A stretch of 64,000 nucleotides of DNA from a bacterium (GTDB lineage Bacteria; UBA8248), in the NCBI GenBank assembly GCA_963692865.2, contig OY843592.1, positions 3,424,001 to 3,488,000 of the forward strand. Direction: 5' to 3'. The notes under the pieces are model-generated. The model saw nothing but the letters and a program-made list of their open reading frames with translations. It was not told where the DNA came from and ran no database searches. Position 1 is the first letter of the stretch, and each line of letters opens with the position of its first letter. A program made the position numbers and the translations under genes. This document shows, one piece after another, positions 1 to 10,108 of the stretch.

Positions 1-407
1 TTTATCCGCTTCACCTCCGAAATGATGGGCCTTTCTATGTTCTCGGGCAACGTCTTGATACGATCGATTTCGCTCCGGATATCTTCCATCAAATCCCGGG
101 AATTCTTGATCCAGGCATGTAGTTCCACGGCAATTTCACAGCGACCCTCATAAGCAATCGAAGTGATCTTTTTTACCCCCTCGACACCGGTCAGGGCCTC
201 TTCAATCTTGATGCAAATGCCCTCTTCCACCTCCGCAGGACTCGCGCCCTCCCACGTGACTTTGACGCTGATTCGATCAAGAGCGAATTGAGGGAGCAAC
301 TCGCTGCGGATTTGAAAAACGGCGACAACACCGATGATCAGCATTATCCCCATCAGAAGGTTGGCGAAAACAGTATGATGCGCGGACCAATCCAGAATTT
401 GCTTCAT
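1..407 (-). CDS. Efflux RND transporter permease (AcrB/AcrD/AcrF family), N-terminal part, runs off the window
   Basis: Reverse complement from 407 reads MKQILDWSAHHTVFANLLM...GASPAEVEEGICIKIEEAL, typical of an RND permease N-terminus; ATGA overlap with the upstream adaptor gene. Confidence 0.85.
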   Translation of the reverse strand, partial: MKQILDWSAHHTVFANLLMGIMLIIGVVAVFQIRSELLPQFALDRISVKVTWEGASPAEVEEGICIKIEEALTGVEGVKKITSIAYEGRCEIAVELHAWIKNSRDLMEDIRSEIDRIKTLPENIERPIISEVKRI

Positions 408-1729
408 TGCGCGGAAGCCCCTCCGACAATCCCGTTTTGATCATTGAGTCTCATGCCGGAAACGGGGTCGGGGACCGCGGAAAGAATGATGCGGGCGTTT
501 TCGCTCAATCCATTTTTGATTATGACGCCATCCTGATCTTTCCGAATGACTTCCACTTTCTGGATTCTGAGTTTCCCCTCGTCCAACAAATAAACATGAT
601 CCCGTGCCCGCAATGAGGCGCGCGGAATGACGAACACGTCAGGCATCGTGATTCCTTTTATTTTCACTTCCACGAACATTCCCACGAAAAGGGGAGGATG
701 TTCTCCGGGCACCCAGTTCTTCATGGGTTCAGGAATTTCGACCACGAGCGTAAGCGCGCGCGTGGATTCATCAAGCCCGGAATCCACGAGGGACACCCTT
801 CCACTCCATTCAAACTTCTTTCCGAACTGACTCCAGGATACTCTGGCGGCGGGGAAGAAAGGCTTTACCTCTTCTTGACTACGGGGAAACGATACTTCCC
901 GGATACGGCGAAACGCCCAGCGCGCATCCTCAACCGGCAGTGAAACCGGGACTTCAAGCGCTGAAACATCATAAATTTTTCCCACGGATTTACCCGCACT
1001 GGCGAAATCTCCTATTTCCAAACTCGTCTCTCGCACGCGAGCGTCAAAAGGAGCCACGATTTTGGTGCGGGACAACTGCAGAATCGCTCTTTTGAGTTCC
1101 GATCGGTTCGCACTCAAAGCCGCGCGTTTCTGCCTCGACTGAACGGGCAGTAGCGACAACACGTTCTTGATGGACTGAACCGTTCTTTCTTGTCGAAGAA
1201 AATTCTGTTGAGACTGATCATATTGACCAGAAGAGATTACGCCTTGTCTCCGCAATCTTTCGTTGCGCTCCATTTCTTGCGCAACCAGCTCCATTTGACG
1301 CTCTGCGATGTCCAGATCGGCCTGGTGGTTCTCCTCCTCCTGCCTCAAGCGGGCGATGTCGGCTCTGAGTTGCGCGATTTCCGCCTTGCGCCGCTCGATG
1401 GCGAGTTTGTAATCCGCAGGGTCGATTTGGAAAAGCACATCTCCTTTTTTGATGAAGCCGCCGGTCCTGAATCCAGACGAACGGCCAACCACTTTCCCGG
1501 ACACTTCGGGCACGATGGAAAGCTCCGTCTTGGGCCGGACTGTTCCGAATCCCTTGACCCAGAAGGTTTTGTCCTGTTTTTTCAAGAGCATGGTTCTGAC
1601 GAATCTGCGCGGCTCAGGGGCAATCACAACCTCGGGTTTTGGCCGATTCAGAATCAGGAGTCTTGTAATCGCCGCCCCTGCCGCCAGAACCACGACGGCC
1701 AGAATGATGAAGACTTTTTGACGAGACAT
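404..1729 (-). CDS. Efflux RND transporter periplasmic adaptor subunit (membrane fusion protein)
   Basis: N-terminal TM anchor, PEVSGKV lipoyl-like motif, coiled coil, TKIVAPFD; ORF open to 1798, ATG at 1729 preferred. Confidence 0.9.
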   Translation of the reverse strand: MSRQKVFIILAVVVLAAGAAITRLLILNRPKPEVVIAPEPRRFVRTMLLKKQDKTFWVKGFGTVRPKTELSIVPEVSGKVVGRSSGFRTGGFIKKGDVLFQIDPADYKLAIERRKAEIAQLRADIARLRQEEENHQADLDIAERQMELVAQEMERNERLRRQGVISSGQYDQSQQNFLRQERTVQSIKNVLSLLPVQSRQKRAALSANRSELKRAILQLSRTKIVAPFDARVRETSLEIGDFASAGKSVGKIYDVSALEVPVSLPVEDARWAFRRIREVSFPRSQEEVKPFFPAARVSWSQFGKKFEWSGRVSLVDSGLDESTRALTLVVEIPEPMKNWVPGEHPPLFVGMFVEVKIKGITMPDVFVIPRASLRARDHVYLLDEGKLRIQKVEVIRKDQDGVIIKNGLSENARIILSAVPDPVSGMRLNDQNGIVGGASAQ

Positions 1730-1938
1730 TATATTTCCGGCATCTCCTCTCCAGGCGGCGACTTCAAGAACTCGGAGTTTCGCCGCCGAAACGGCCATGC
1801 CGATGACTTGAATTTCTCGAAAACTTCGAGAAAGACCGTGTATTGCACGCCTTCTTACCCCTATCAGCAGTGGCCTTTTGTGTCAAAAACCCGGTATCCT
1901 CAAATGAAATTATGCAACACATCAAAAAGGAAACGGAA

Positions 1939-2829
1939 ATGCGCGAAGACGTATTCTATTTCAGCGACGGCCTCAAAATCGCCGCGCATCTGTACCGCCC
2001 CGCCGACTGGCGGCCCGGCAACCCGCCCCGGCCGGGGGTCGTCTGCGTAACAGGATACAGCGGACGAAAGAATCTGGCCACAATCGACATGCCCATCCAC
2101 TTGAGCAAGGCGGGTTTTTTCACCCTCGCCCCCGATTACCGAGGCTACGGCGTAAGCGAGGGCGCGCGCGGACGCCACCGCCCACTGGAGCAGGCCCAGG
2201 ACACCTACGACGGAATCACCTACCTCCAAGCCGTAGAAGGCGTGGACAGCGAGCGAATCGGCCTGTACGGCACGAGTTTCGGCGGCGCGCACGCCATCTG
2301 GGTGGCGGCGTTCGACGAGCGGGTGAAGGCGACCGTCTCCGCCGTGGGAGTGCACGACGGCGAACGCTGGCTGCGAACGTTGAGGCGGCCTTACGAGTGG
2401 CTCGCCTTCCAGTCCCGGGTACGGGAAGCCGCCCGCAAGCGCGTCGCCGCGAACGAGCGGGAAACCATCATCCGCCACGACATCTACAGCGACGACCCGG
2501 ACAACCCCAAACCCCCGATGACGCTCGAAGAACACGGCTCCGAGGAAGTGCTCGAACTCGACCTCGAAAGCGTGGAGGCGTGTTTTCGCTATCGCCCCGA
2601 ATGGGTGGCCGGAAGAATCTCGCCCCGTCCCGTCCTGTTCATCTACGGGGAAGAAGACGTCATGGTCCCCCCCTCCGAGGCGCGCGCCTGCTACGAGGCC
2701 TGCGGCGAACCCAAGAAAATCGTCATGCTTCCCAGGGGACGCCACAACGACGTCTATCAGGTGAACAACCCGGAAATGTTCGAGACGGCCCTCGCGGAAA
2801 CGACGGCCTGGTTCGGCGAGCATTTATAG
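1939..2829 (+). CDS. Alpha/beta fold hydrolase
   Basis: DYRGYGVSEG, GTSFGG nucleophile elbow, C-terminal Asp and His (EDVMVP, GRHN). Confidence 0.9.
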   Translation: MREDVFYFSDGLKIAAHLYRPADWRPGNPPRPGVVCVTGYSGRKNLATIDMPIHLSKAGFFTLAPDYRGYGVSEGARGRHRPLEQAQDTYDGITYLQAVEGVDSERIGLYGTSFGGAHAIWVAAFDERVKATVSAVGVHDGERWLRTLRRPYEWLAFQSRVREAARKRVAANERETIIRHDIYSDDPDNPKPPMTLEEHGSEEVLELDLESVEACFRYRPEWVAGRISPRPVLFIYGEEDVMVPPSEARACYEACGEPKKIVMLPRGRHNDVYQVNNPEMFETALAETTAWFGEHL

Positions 2830-2871
2830 ATTTTCTCCGATAAATCAAGCGCATAGGAGGCATTGCGAAAC

Positions 2872-3579
2872 ATGGGCGCCACGCTGATATTTCATGGACA
2901 ATCGACGTTTCTGGTGAAAACCGACGGCGGCAAGACCATCTACATCGACCCCTGGCTCGAGAAGAACCCCGTCTGTCCGCCTGAACTCAAGACGCCGCAG
3001 AAAGCGGACCTCATCTGCCTCACGCACGGCCATTTCGACCATACGGGCGACGTGATCCCCGTTTTCGAGGCGAATCCATGCCCCGTGGCGGGCCACATGG
3101 ACTTGATCCGCGCCATCGGCGCCGAATACGACTTAGGATCCCACGCCGCCCCCATGGGAAAGGACGGCACGGTCGATTTCGGCGGCGTCCGGCTCACCCT
3201 CACCCACGCCTTTCACGGGGGCGCCTACGGGCCGGAACTCAAGTACGCGGGCGAGCCCTGCGGCCTCGTTCTCACCTTCGAGGACGGCAAACGCCTCTAC
3301 CACGCGGGAGACACCGCCGTCTTCGGCGACATGCGCATCATCGCCGAGCTATACGCGCCCGACCTGTGCTGCCTGCCCATCGGAGACAGGGCCACCATGG
3401 GCGCGCGGCAGGCGGCGCTGGCCTGCGAGCTGCTGGGAGCGAAGCGCGTCGTGCCCATCCACCATTCGAGCCTGCCCCACTTGACGGGCACGCCCGAGGC
3501 GTTCATCGAGGAGGTGCGAAAGCGCGGCCTCGATACGGAAGTCATCGTCCTGGCGCCGGGGGAGAGCGTAACGCTCTGA
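2872..3579 (+). CDS. Metal-dependent hydrolase, metallo-beta-lactamase fold (UPF0173-like)
   Basis: IDPW, THGHFDH, HAGDT, PIGD and PIHH motifs; AGGAGG upstream. Confidence 0.9.
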   Translation: MGATLIFHGQSTFLVKTDGGKTIYIDPWLEKNPVCPPELKTPQKADLICLTHGHFDHTGDVIPVFEANPCPVAGHMDLIRAIGAEYDLGSHAAPMGKDGTVDFGGVRLTLTHAFHGGAYGPELKYAGEPCGLVLTFEDGKRLYHAGDTAVFGDMRIIAELYAPDLCCLPIGDRATMGARQAALACELLGAKRVVPIHHSSLPHLTGTPEAFIEEVRKRGLDTEVIVLAPGESVTL

Positions 3580-3590
3580 TTTCGCTTCTC

Positions 3591-4034
3591 TTAAGCACCC
3601 GGCCTCTCGATGAGTTCGAGCGTGTTGCCGTCGGGGTCTTCGATGTAGACGACGAAGCCGCCCGTGTTGGGCCCTTGCGTGACGGGCACGGGCGGCGAGA
3701 CGAACTTCACCCCCTTGGGCGCGAGCGTCTCGTACATCCCTTTGAGATCGTTGACGTTATAGGCGATGTGCGCGCTGCCCACGTTGTTCGTGGCCGTGTC
3801 TATCTTCACGCCCGGCGCGCCGACGTATTCGACGAGTTCGATGTTGTACTCCCCGCCCCGGATGTAGACGATGCGAAGGTCCGCTCCTGCGATGCCCGTC
3901 ACCTTCTCGCTGTAGTCCCGGGGCCGCGTCTCGTCCGAAAGTATCGTAAAATCAAGGGTTTCGCAGTACCACTCGGCGATCGCCAAAGCGTCGGACACCG
4001 TGAAACTCGTATGGTTGATGCTCACCAGACCCAT
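3591..4034 (-). CDS. VOC family (glyoxalase-like) protein
   Basis: NHTSFTVSD, HIAYNV, EDPDGNTLELIE; GAGGAGG upstream of ATG at 4034. Confidence 0.88.
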   Translation of the reverse strand: MGLVSINHTSFTVSDALAIAEWYCETLDFTILSDETRPRDYSEKVTGIAGADLRIVYIRGGEYNIELVEYVGAPGVKIDTATNNVGSAHIAYNVNDLKGMYETLAPKGVKFVSPPVPVTQGPNTGGFVVYIEDPDGNTLELIERPGA

Positions 4035-4137
4035 CTCGCGCCTCCTCTTGCGCCATCGGTTCGGGGGCTTAAGCCTCCCGCTTTTCCGCCGTTTCTCCGG
4101 GCGCAATTATGGCATATCGCCGTTTTTAATTTTCGGA

Positions 4138-4149
4138 AATTTATCGAAA
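4138..4149 (+). repeat. Candidate attL core (AATTTATCGAAA)
   Basis: 12-bp exact direct repeat with 63550-63561, about 230 bp upstream of the integrase. Confidence 0.5.
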
Positions 4150-4375
4150 GACACGTTCAATATTTCGTCCCATGGACAATCGCACCCCCTGATACCCTGA
4201 AGTACGATAAATCGCTGTATTATAAGCGATAAATCTTGAATTTTCTTTTTCGCCTTCGCTTGCATTTACGACATACTTACGCTTTAATAGCCTCACATTT
4301 GATGCTGGACGTATGCGATTTGATTACGTATCGTCCATATCCTCCGGCCCGAAGTACGATTTCCGGGGAGTTTCC

Positions 4376-5551
4376 ATGCCCAGAAGAAGCGACATCAAGC
4401 TTACCAAGCGCGTCGTCGACGCGCTATCCGTCGAGACGAACGACGCCGTCTTCTGGGACCGGGACCTGGCCGGCTTCGGGGTGCGGGTCTACGCCACGGG
4501 CCGGAAGGTCTACGTGGTGCAGTCGAGAGGGCCGTGGGGCCCCAGGCGCGTGACGCTGGGCAGGCACGGCGAGATGTCGTGTGACGAGGCGAGGAAACAG
4601 GCCGCTCTCGTCATCGATCGCATCAAGCGGGGTGAGGAGCCCGGGCCCAAGGCGCCCGAGGCGGCGCCCACCGTGGCGGTTCTTGCCGAGCGCTTCATGC
4701 GCGACCACGTCGGGACGCGCTGCAGTCCCGACACCGCCGCGACCTACCGCTCCTTGCTCAAGAATCACATCCTGCCCGCGATGGGCGGGATGACGCTTGC
4801 AGATGTCGACCGGGCGCGAGTCTCGGTGCTTCACCACAGCCTCCGGGAGACGCCCACCCTTGCCAACAGGGCCGTGGTCGTTCTCTCCAAGATGTTCTCT
4901 CTGGCCGAGGCGTGGGGCCTGCTTCCTGGCGGGAGCAACCCGTGCCGGGGGCTTCGCCGCTACCGGACGCGGAAGCGGGAGCGGTTCCTGACGCAAGAGG
5001 AGTTCCGCCGCCTGGGCCGCGCGCTGCGTGACCTGGAGGCGGAGGGGAGGACGTGGCCGGTAGCGGCCGCAGCAATCAGGCTCCTGGCCCTCACCGGGTG
5101 CAGGCGGAGCGAGATACTGGACTTGCACTGGGACGACGTGGACCGCACGACGGGGGAGTTGCGCTTGAGGGACGCCAAGGCGGGACCGCGCATGGTTCCG
5201 CTCACGGCGCCTGCCCGGAAGGTGCTGGAAGGGGTCCCCCGGTCGCCGGACAACCCCTGGGTGTTCCCCGCAGGGAACGGGAAGGGCCGCCTGGGGAGCC
5301 TCTCCTACTACTGGGAGGCCGTGAGGGAGCGGGCGGGGTTTCATGATGTCCGCATTCATGACCTCCGGCATTCGTATGCCAGCCGGGCGCTGGCGCTGGG
5401 CGAGAGTCTCTCCGCGATCGGCAGGCTGCTCGGCCACCGCCACGTGGTGAGCACGGCGCGCTACGCGCACCTGATGCGCGATGCCGAGAAGGCGGCGGCC
5501 GCCCGGGTGGGCGAGAGCATCGGCGTCCACGTCAAGAGCCGGGAGAAGTAG
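4376..5551 (+). CDS. Tyrosine recombinase/integrase with N-terminal arm-binding (DUF4102-like) domain
   Basis: FWDRDLAGFGVRV arm domain; TGCRRSE, HDLRHS, LLGH, TARYAH catalytic motifs. Confidence 0.93.
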   Translation: MPRRSDIKLTKRVVDALSVETNDAVFWDRDLAGFGVRVYATGRKVYVVQSRGPWGPRRVTLGRHGEMSCDEARKQAALVIDRIKRGEEPGPKAPEAAPTVAVLAERFMRDHVGTRCSPDTAATYRSLLKNHILPAMGGMTLADVDRARVSVLHHSLRETPTLANRAVVVLSKMFSLAEAWGLLPGGSNPCRGLRRYRTRKRERFLTQEEFRRLGRALRDLEAEGRTWPVAAAAIRLLALTGCRRSEILDLHWDDVDRTTGELRLRDAKAGPRMVPLTAPARKVLEGVPRSPDNPWVFPAGNGKGRLGSLSYYWEAVRERAGFHDVRIHDLRHSYASRALALGESLSAIGRLLGHRHVVSTARYAHLMRDAEKAAAARVGESIGVHVKSREK

Positions 5552-5561
5552 AGGGGAAACG

Positions 5562-6727
5562 ATGCAGCCCAAAATCAAAACGCTCTCGAACCGCGCGGTC
5601 GCGAAGCTCGTGGTCGGGAAGGACACGGTGTTCTGGGACCGCGACCTCACCGGCTTCGGGGTGCGGGTCTACCCCACGGGGAGCAAGGTCTAGTCGCCCA
5701 GGCGCGGGGGCCTGAGGGCCCCAAACGGGTGGCGGTGGGCCGCCACGGCGTGATTCACGCGGAGGAGGCCAGGAAGCGCGCGGCGCTCGTCATCGCAAGG
5801 GTCAAGGCGGGCGAGGAGGCCGTGCCTGAGCCGATGAAGCCCGCAGGCGGTCCCACCGTGGCCGAACTCGCCGAGCGCTACCTCGCCGAATACGTCTCCG
5901 TGCGCTGCAAGCCGCGCACCGTGAAGACGGTCCGCTCCGTGGTCCGCAGACACATAGTACCTATCCTTGGGAAGCTGCCCCTTGCCGCGGTCGAGCGCGC
6001 CCACGTCGCGGAACTGCACGGTCGGTTGAGCGCCACGCCCGCGGCCGCGAACCAGGCCGTCCGGGCGCTGTCCGCGATGTACAAACTGGCCGAGAGCTGG
6101 GAGCTGGCGCCTGACGGATTATCGAACCCCTGCCGCGCGATCGCCGAATACCCCGGCCGCCGGCGGGAGCGGTTCCTCACGGAGGCGGAATTCACCCGCC
6201 TGGGAGAGGCACTCGATCAGGTCGAGACAGAGCGTGGCGTATCGGCGAGCGCGGTGGCGGCCATCAGGCTGTTGCTCCTGACCGGGTGCCGGAAGTCGGA
6301 GATCCTCACGCTGCGCTGGGAGGAGGTGGCGCTGGAGGCGGCGGAACTGCGGCTCTCAGACTCCAAGACGGGCGCGCGGGTCGTTTCGCTCTCGGAACCC
6401 GCGGTGAAGCTCCTCGCGGACCTGCCGCGTCTCCCCGGAGTCCCCTGGGTGATCCCCGGCAGGAAGCCGGGCACGCACCTCAAGAAGCTCGACGACGCCT
6501 GGCAGTCCGTCCGCTCGCGCGCGGGGCTCGACGACGTGCGCCTCCATGATCTCCGTCATTCGTTCGCATCGAGAGCTCTCGCGCTCGGCGAGGGGCTTTC
6601 CATGATCGGGAAGCTCCTGGGCCACGCGCGCATCGAGACCACGGCGCGCTACGCGCACCTCGCGCGCGATTCGGTGCGGGAGTCCGCCGAGCGGGTGGCC
6701 GCGAGCATCGCGGCGGACCTGCTGTAG
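5562..6727 (+). pseudogene. Second tyrosine integrase paralogue with a 1-bp frameshift near 5691
   Basis: MQPKIK...GSKV stops at TAG 5691-5693; restoring one C (TA[C]GTC) gives KVYVAQARGP, continuous with ORF 5729-6727, whose R-HxxR-H-Y residues are intact. Confidence 0.8.
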
Positions 6728-6729
6728 GG
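6679..6729 (+). repeat. 51-bp direct repeat copy 1 (3' end of integrase 2)
   Basis: 46/51 identical to 7221-7271 by manual alignment. Confidence 0.85.
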
Positions 6730-6858
6730 TCACAGCAGGCGCGCGCCGGCAAGGTGGTTGCCCGTGCCCGGGGCCGGTGGTAAATTTCATTCCATTCAAC
6801 AGGTTATACGAATCGTTCATCCCGGATACTTCACCCGGACGAGGGCGGAAGGAGTCCT

Positions 6859-7152
6859 TTGCGGAAGACCGACATCATCAGCCTCGTGTCCGAGGATACG
6901 GGCCTGAGTAAGGTCAAGGCCGAAGAAGCCGTCGATGCCATCATCGACGCCGTCAGGGAAACCCTCGTGGAGGGCGAGTCCGTCACCCTGAGGCGCTTCG
7001 GCTCCTTCAGCGTGAGGGAGAAGAACGCCCGCGTGGGGCGCAACCCGAGGACGGGCCTCGAAGCGCCCATCACCGCCCGCAGGGTCGTGAGTTTCAAGGC
7101 GGGACGAAACTTCAGGGATGCGGTGAACGGCGCCGGGGTAAAATTCCCTTGA
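6859..7152 (+). CDS. HU/IHF family DNA-binding protein
   Basis: LRRFGSFSV and GRNPRTG signature; TTG start after GGAG. Confidence 0.93.
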   Translation: MRKTDIISLVSEDTGLSKVKAEEAVDAIIDAVRETLVEGESVTLRRFGSFSVREKNARVGRNPRTGLEAPITARRVVSFKAGRNFRDAVNGAGVKFP

Positions 7153-7220
7153 TTCGCCGGTTTCCGGCCGGCTTGTCGATATGGGAGCGCGTCGGTTGGC
7201 GTTGTCCATGACCGGCTGCC

Positions 7221-7271
7221 GGAGTCTGCCGAGCGGGTCGCCGCGAGCATCGCCGAAGACCTGCTGTAGGG
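7221..7271 (+). repeat. 51-bp direct repeat copy 2 (orphan integrase 3' end, ESAERVAASIAEDLL*)
   Basis: 46/51 identical to 6679-6729, same reading and stop codon. Confidence 0.85.
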
Positions 7272-7299
7272 CGCCGGGCGCAACTCCCGTGCGGTTTTC

Positions 7300-10107
7300 C
7301 TATATTTCGATCAGGCGATCGAAACGCGTCCTCTCCCTCACCGGCGCCCGCCGCTCCATCGCCTGGGTCTTCTCGTTCGTCCTCTCCGCGTCCCGCGGCC
7401 TCTCGCCGAACGCCTCGAGCGCCGCGATGCGCTCCCCCGTCGCGGCTTCGAGCCGCTCGCGCAGCGCTCTCGCGTCGTCGGTCACGAGTTCCGCCCGGTC
7501 CCGGGCGCGGCTGATCTCCACGTAGAGCGTCTTCTGGTTGGTGAGATCGGGGTGGTTGGCCTCCATCGCGGCGATGACGGTATCGACCGTCCGGCCCTGG
7601 AAGGCGTGGACGGTCGAGGCCCAGGCGCGGTCGACGTGGCGAAGCTGGGGATCGGCGCTCGTCATGTCGAGGATCCTCCCGTCTTCGATGCGGAAGGTGA
7701 CGCGCTTGTCCCTGACGCCGGTCACCTCGGCGGCTTGGCTGTTCATGAGGCCGAGGTCCGGGTCGTTCCGGGTCCAGCGGACCTTGTCGCCCTGGCGCAG
7801 CTCCATATGCTCGACCTTGTATACCTCGACACCGCCGGTACGCGCCGCCAGACGGCCGGGCTCCCAGCGGATATCCCCTCCCTGCCTGCCTTCCAGGATG
7901 ACGGCGCCGTCTTCGTGATCGACGCCCGCCACGCGCAGCTCATCCCCTTTCTCGACGCCGATGCGCTTGTAGGGACGGTGGAAGGCCACCACGTCGCCGG
8001 GCGAATAGTTCGCGGCGAGCGATTTCTGGGGGTTCGTGTAGCCGCGCGAGACGAGGCGCTCCGTGAGGAAGGCCGGGCCGCGTACGACGCCGTCCCTGAC
8101 CAGGCGCTCGCGGACGATGGCGTTGATCTTCTCGCGGATCTTATGGCTCGGCGCCATGAGCCCGGCGTTTGCGCGCGCCTCGGGCGGGAGCGCCAGCCAG
8201 CGCGCGGCGGCGGCGCCCGCGAGGTTGTCGGGCTTCACTTCGGCCACGTTGGAACCCAGTTTCTCGAAGGCGCGCCTGACGTCGCCCGCGAGGGTGGCCT
8301 CGACGGCGGCTTTCAGGTCCTGGTCGCGCTGGCGCATGATCTCCTCCATCACCGCCGTCTTCATGCCAGCGGCCTGGAGCTGCGCGAAGGGTTTGCCGGC
8401 GTCTACTGCGTCGAGCTGTTTCGCATCGCCGACGAGAACGACCCGGGGCAGGCGCAGGACCTCCGAGATGCGGAGCAGTTCGCGCATCTCGCGCGTGGAG
8501 GCCAGAGAGCCCTCGTCCACCACGAGGGCGGTCTTCCCGTAGGCGGCGCGCATTTTTTTCTCGCCCCCTCTCGTGAGGCGGCCTTCGGCGACCCCTGCGT
8601 TTCGCGCGAGGAAGCGCTGGAGCGTCTGGCTCTCGATGCCCGCTTCCGCTTCGAGAGTCCGCGCGGCGGAGGCCGAGGGCGCCAGGCCCTTCACCTCGTA
8701 GCCGTGTTTCTCGAGGAGCGCGCGGGCGCGCTTGAGCATCTTCGTCTTGCCGGTGCCCGCGTATCCCTGCACGCCGACGACGCGGTCGGGGTCCGTGAGG
8801 ATGAGCTTGACGGCCTCGCGCTGGCCATGGGTCAGCGGGCCGTTTCTGAGCGCCTTGTCCACGGCGTGGCCGCGCATGGCGGGGGCGCCCCGTCCCCTGC
8901 CGGTCTCCACCAGGGCGATCGTCTCGCGCTCCTCGGCGACGGCCTTCTCCGTCGTGAACATGTCCCTGTTTCCTGGCAAATCCGCCGCGTGCAGGGCGCC
9001 CGTTTTTTCGAGTCTCGCCACCTCGCGCTCCGCACCCGCCATCGACACGGCGCCGGGCCGCCAGGCGAGCGCGCCCGCGAGCAGGGCCGCGCGGTCGAAG
9101 ACCGCTTCTCGCTCCGCGAGGTGCGCCACGGCCCATTCCACGGCCTCGCGAGCGGGTTCGGCTTCTCTGGCCGGAGCGCTTCTCGTTTTCGCTTCCGTCT
9201 TGAGGGCGGCGGCGTCGAAGCCCAGCTCCTTCGCCTGCTTCTCCCACACGGCCATGACCGCCGACTTGTCGGCCTCTCGCTTGGGGTCCCTCGTCATGAG
9301 CGTGACCCGCTGGGCGGCGCGCTGGTTCCCCGCCGTCGCGCCCAGGCCCCGTTCTTCCATCGCCTTCTCGATCTCCGCTCGCCGGGTCGAGAACGCCTCG
9401 ATCACCTCGCGTGAAACGCCCTCGATCTCGAAGCGCCCGTCCGCGTGGGTCTTCTCCACCCGGTAGCCGAACCCTTCGAGGCCCCGGGCGAGTTCGGTCC
9501 GGTATATCGCGCCGATCAGCATCTTGTTCGCGTAGAGCTTCTCGTTCGACATGGTCCTCCACTTGCCGTCGGCGCCACGCACCATGTTGGCAATGACGGC
9601 GTGCGTGTGGAGCAGGGGGTCCATGTTGCGCGAGGTGTCGTGCCTGAAGGTCGCGATGACGCTCTTCTGGTCCCCCACGCGGACTATCCGCCCGGTCCCG
9701 GGCTCGCTCATCCTGGTCTCGGCGGCGTTGCGCTCCACCCAGTCGAGGGTGCGCTTCACGGCCACCTCGTGGGCCCACATCGCGCGCGCATCGCCGCCGA
9801 GATAGGCCAGCAGCGAGACGGATTTCGGGGCCGAGAGGGTGAGGTCGCGGCCGGGACGGTGGTGGAACGTCCCGTCCTTGCCCGGGCGCCCGAGCCGGCG
9901 CCCCGAACCGTCGGGGACCACGCCCTCGAGCACGGAGCGGAGGGTATCGGGGTCGACCGGACCCGTGAGTCCCAGGTCCTCAGCGCCCCTGCCGCGCCAG
10001 ATGCTCGACTCCCGGTGGTTCCGGTCGTCCTTCGCGTAGTAGTCGTCGCGCTCGAAGTAGGCGACGCACTGCGCGGGCGCGACGAGGGCGCCGATGGATG
10101 CGACCAT
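7300..10107 (-). CDS. traI: MOBF conjugative relaxase-helicase (TrwC/TraI type)
   Basis: YFERDDYY, DLTLSAPKSVS, HDTSRNMDPLLHTH (HUH), helicase GYAGTGKT. Confidence 0.95.
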   Translation of the reverse strand: MVASIGALVAPAQCVAYFERDDYYAKDDRNHRESSIWRGRGAEDLGLTGPVDPDTLRSVLEGVVPDGSGRRLGRPGKDGTFHHRPGRDLTLSAPKSVSLLAYLGGDARAMWAHEVAVKRTLDWVERNAAETRMSEPGTGRIVRVGDQKSVIATFRHDTSRNMDPLLHTHAVIANMVRGADGKWRTMSNEKLYANKMLIGAIYRTELARGLEGFGYRVEKTHADGRFEIEGVSREVIEAFSTRRAEIEKAMEERGLGATAGNQRAAQRVTLMTRDPKREADKSAVMAVWEKQAKELGFDAAALKTEAKTRSAPAREAEPAREAVEWAVAHLAEREAVFDRAALLAGALAWRPGAVSMAGAEREVARLEKTGALHAADLPGNRDMFTTEKAVAEERETIALVETGRGRGAPAMRGHAVDKALRNGPLTHGQREAVKLILTDPDRVVGVQGYAGTGKTKMLKRARALLEKHGYEVKGLAPSASAARTLEAEAGIESQTLQRFLARNAGVAEGRLTRGGEKKMRAAYGKTALVVDEGSLASTREMRELLRISEVLRLPRVVLVGDAKQLDAVDAGKPFAQLQAAGMKTAVMEEIMRQRDQDLKAAVEATLAGDVRRAFEKLGSNVAEVKPDNLAGAAAARWLALPPEARANAGLMAPSHKIREKINAIVRERLVRDGVVRGPAFLTERLVSRGYTNPQKSLAANYSPGDVVAFHRPYKRIGVEKGDELRVAGVDHEDGAVILEGRQGGDIRWEPGRLAARTGGVEVYKVEHMELRQGDKVRWTRNDPDLGLMNSQAAEVTGVRDKRVTFRIEDGRILDMTSADPQLRHVDRAWASTVHAFQGRTVDTVIAAMEANHPDLTNQKTLYVEISRARDRAELVTDDARALRERLEAATGERIAALEAFGERPRDAERTNEKTQAMERRAPVRERTRFDRLIEI

Positions 10108-10108
10108 A

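Noticed and set aside
1-1930. Lower GC of the RND efflux genes as a separate island
   Set aside because: Composition difference is only judged by eye, with no mobility gene or boundary repeat visible in the window.
4100-4320. tRNA or dif site as integration target
   Set aside because: No cloverleaf or T-loop motif; resemblance to a XerD arm is partial and there is no convincing XerC arm.
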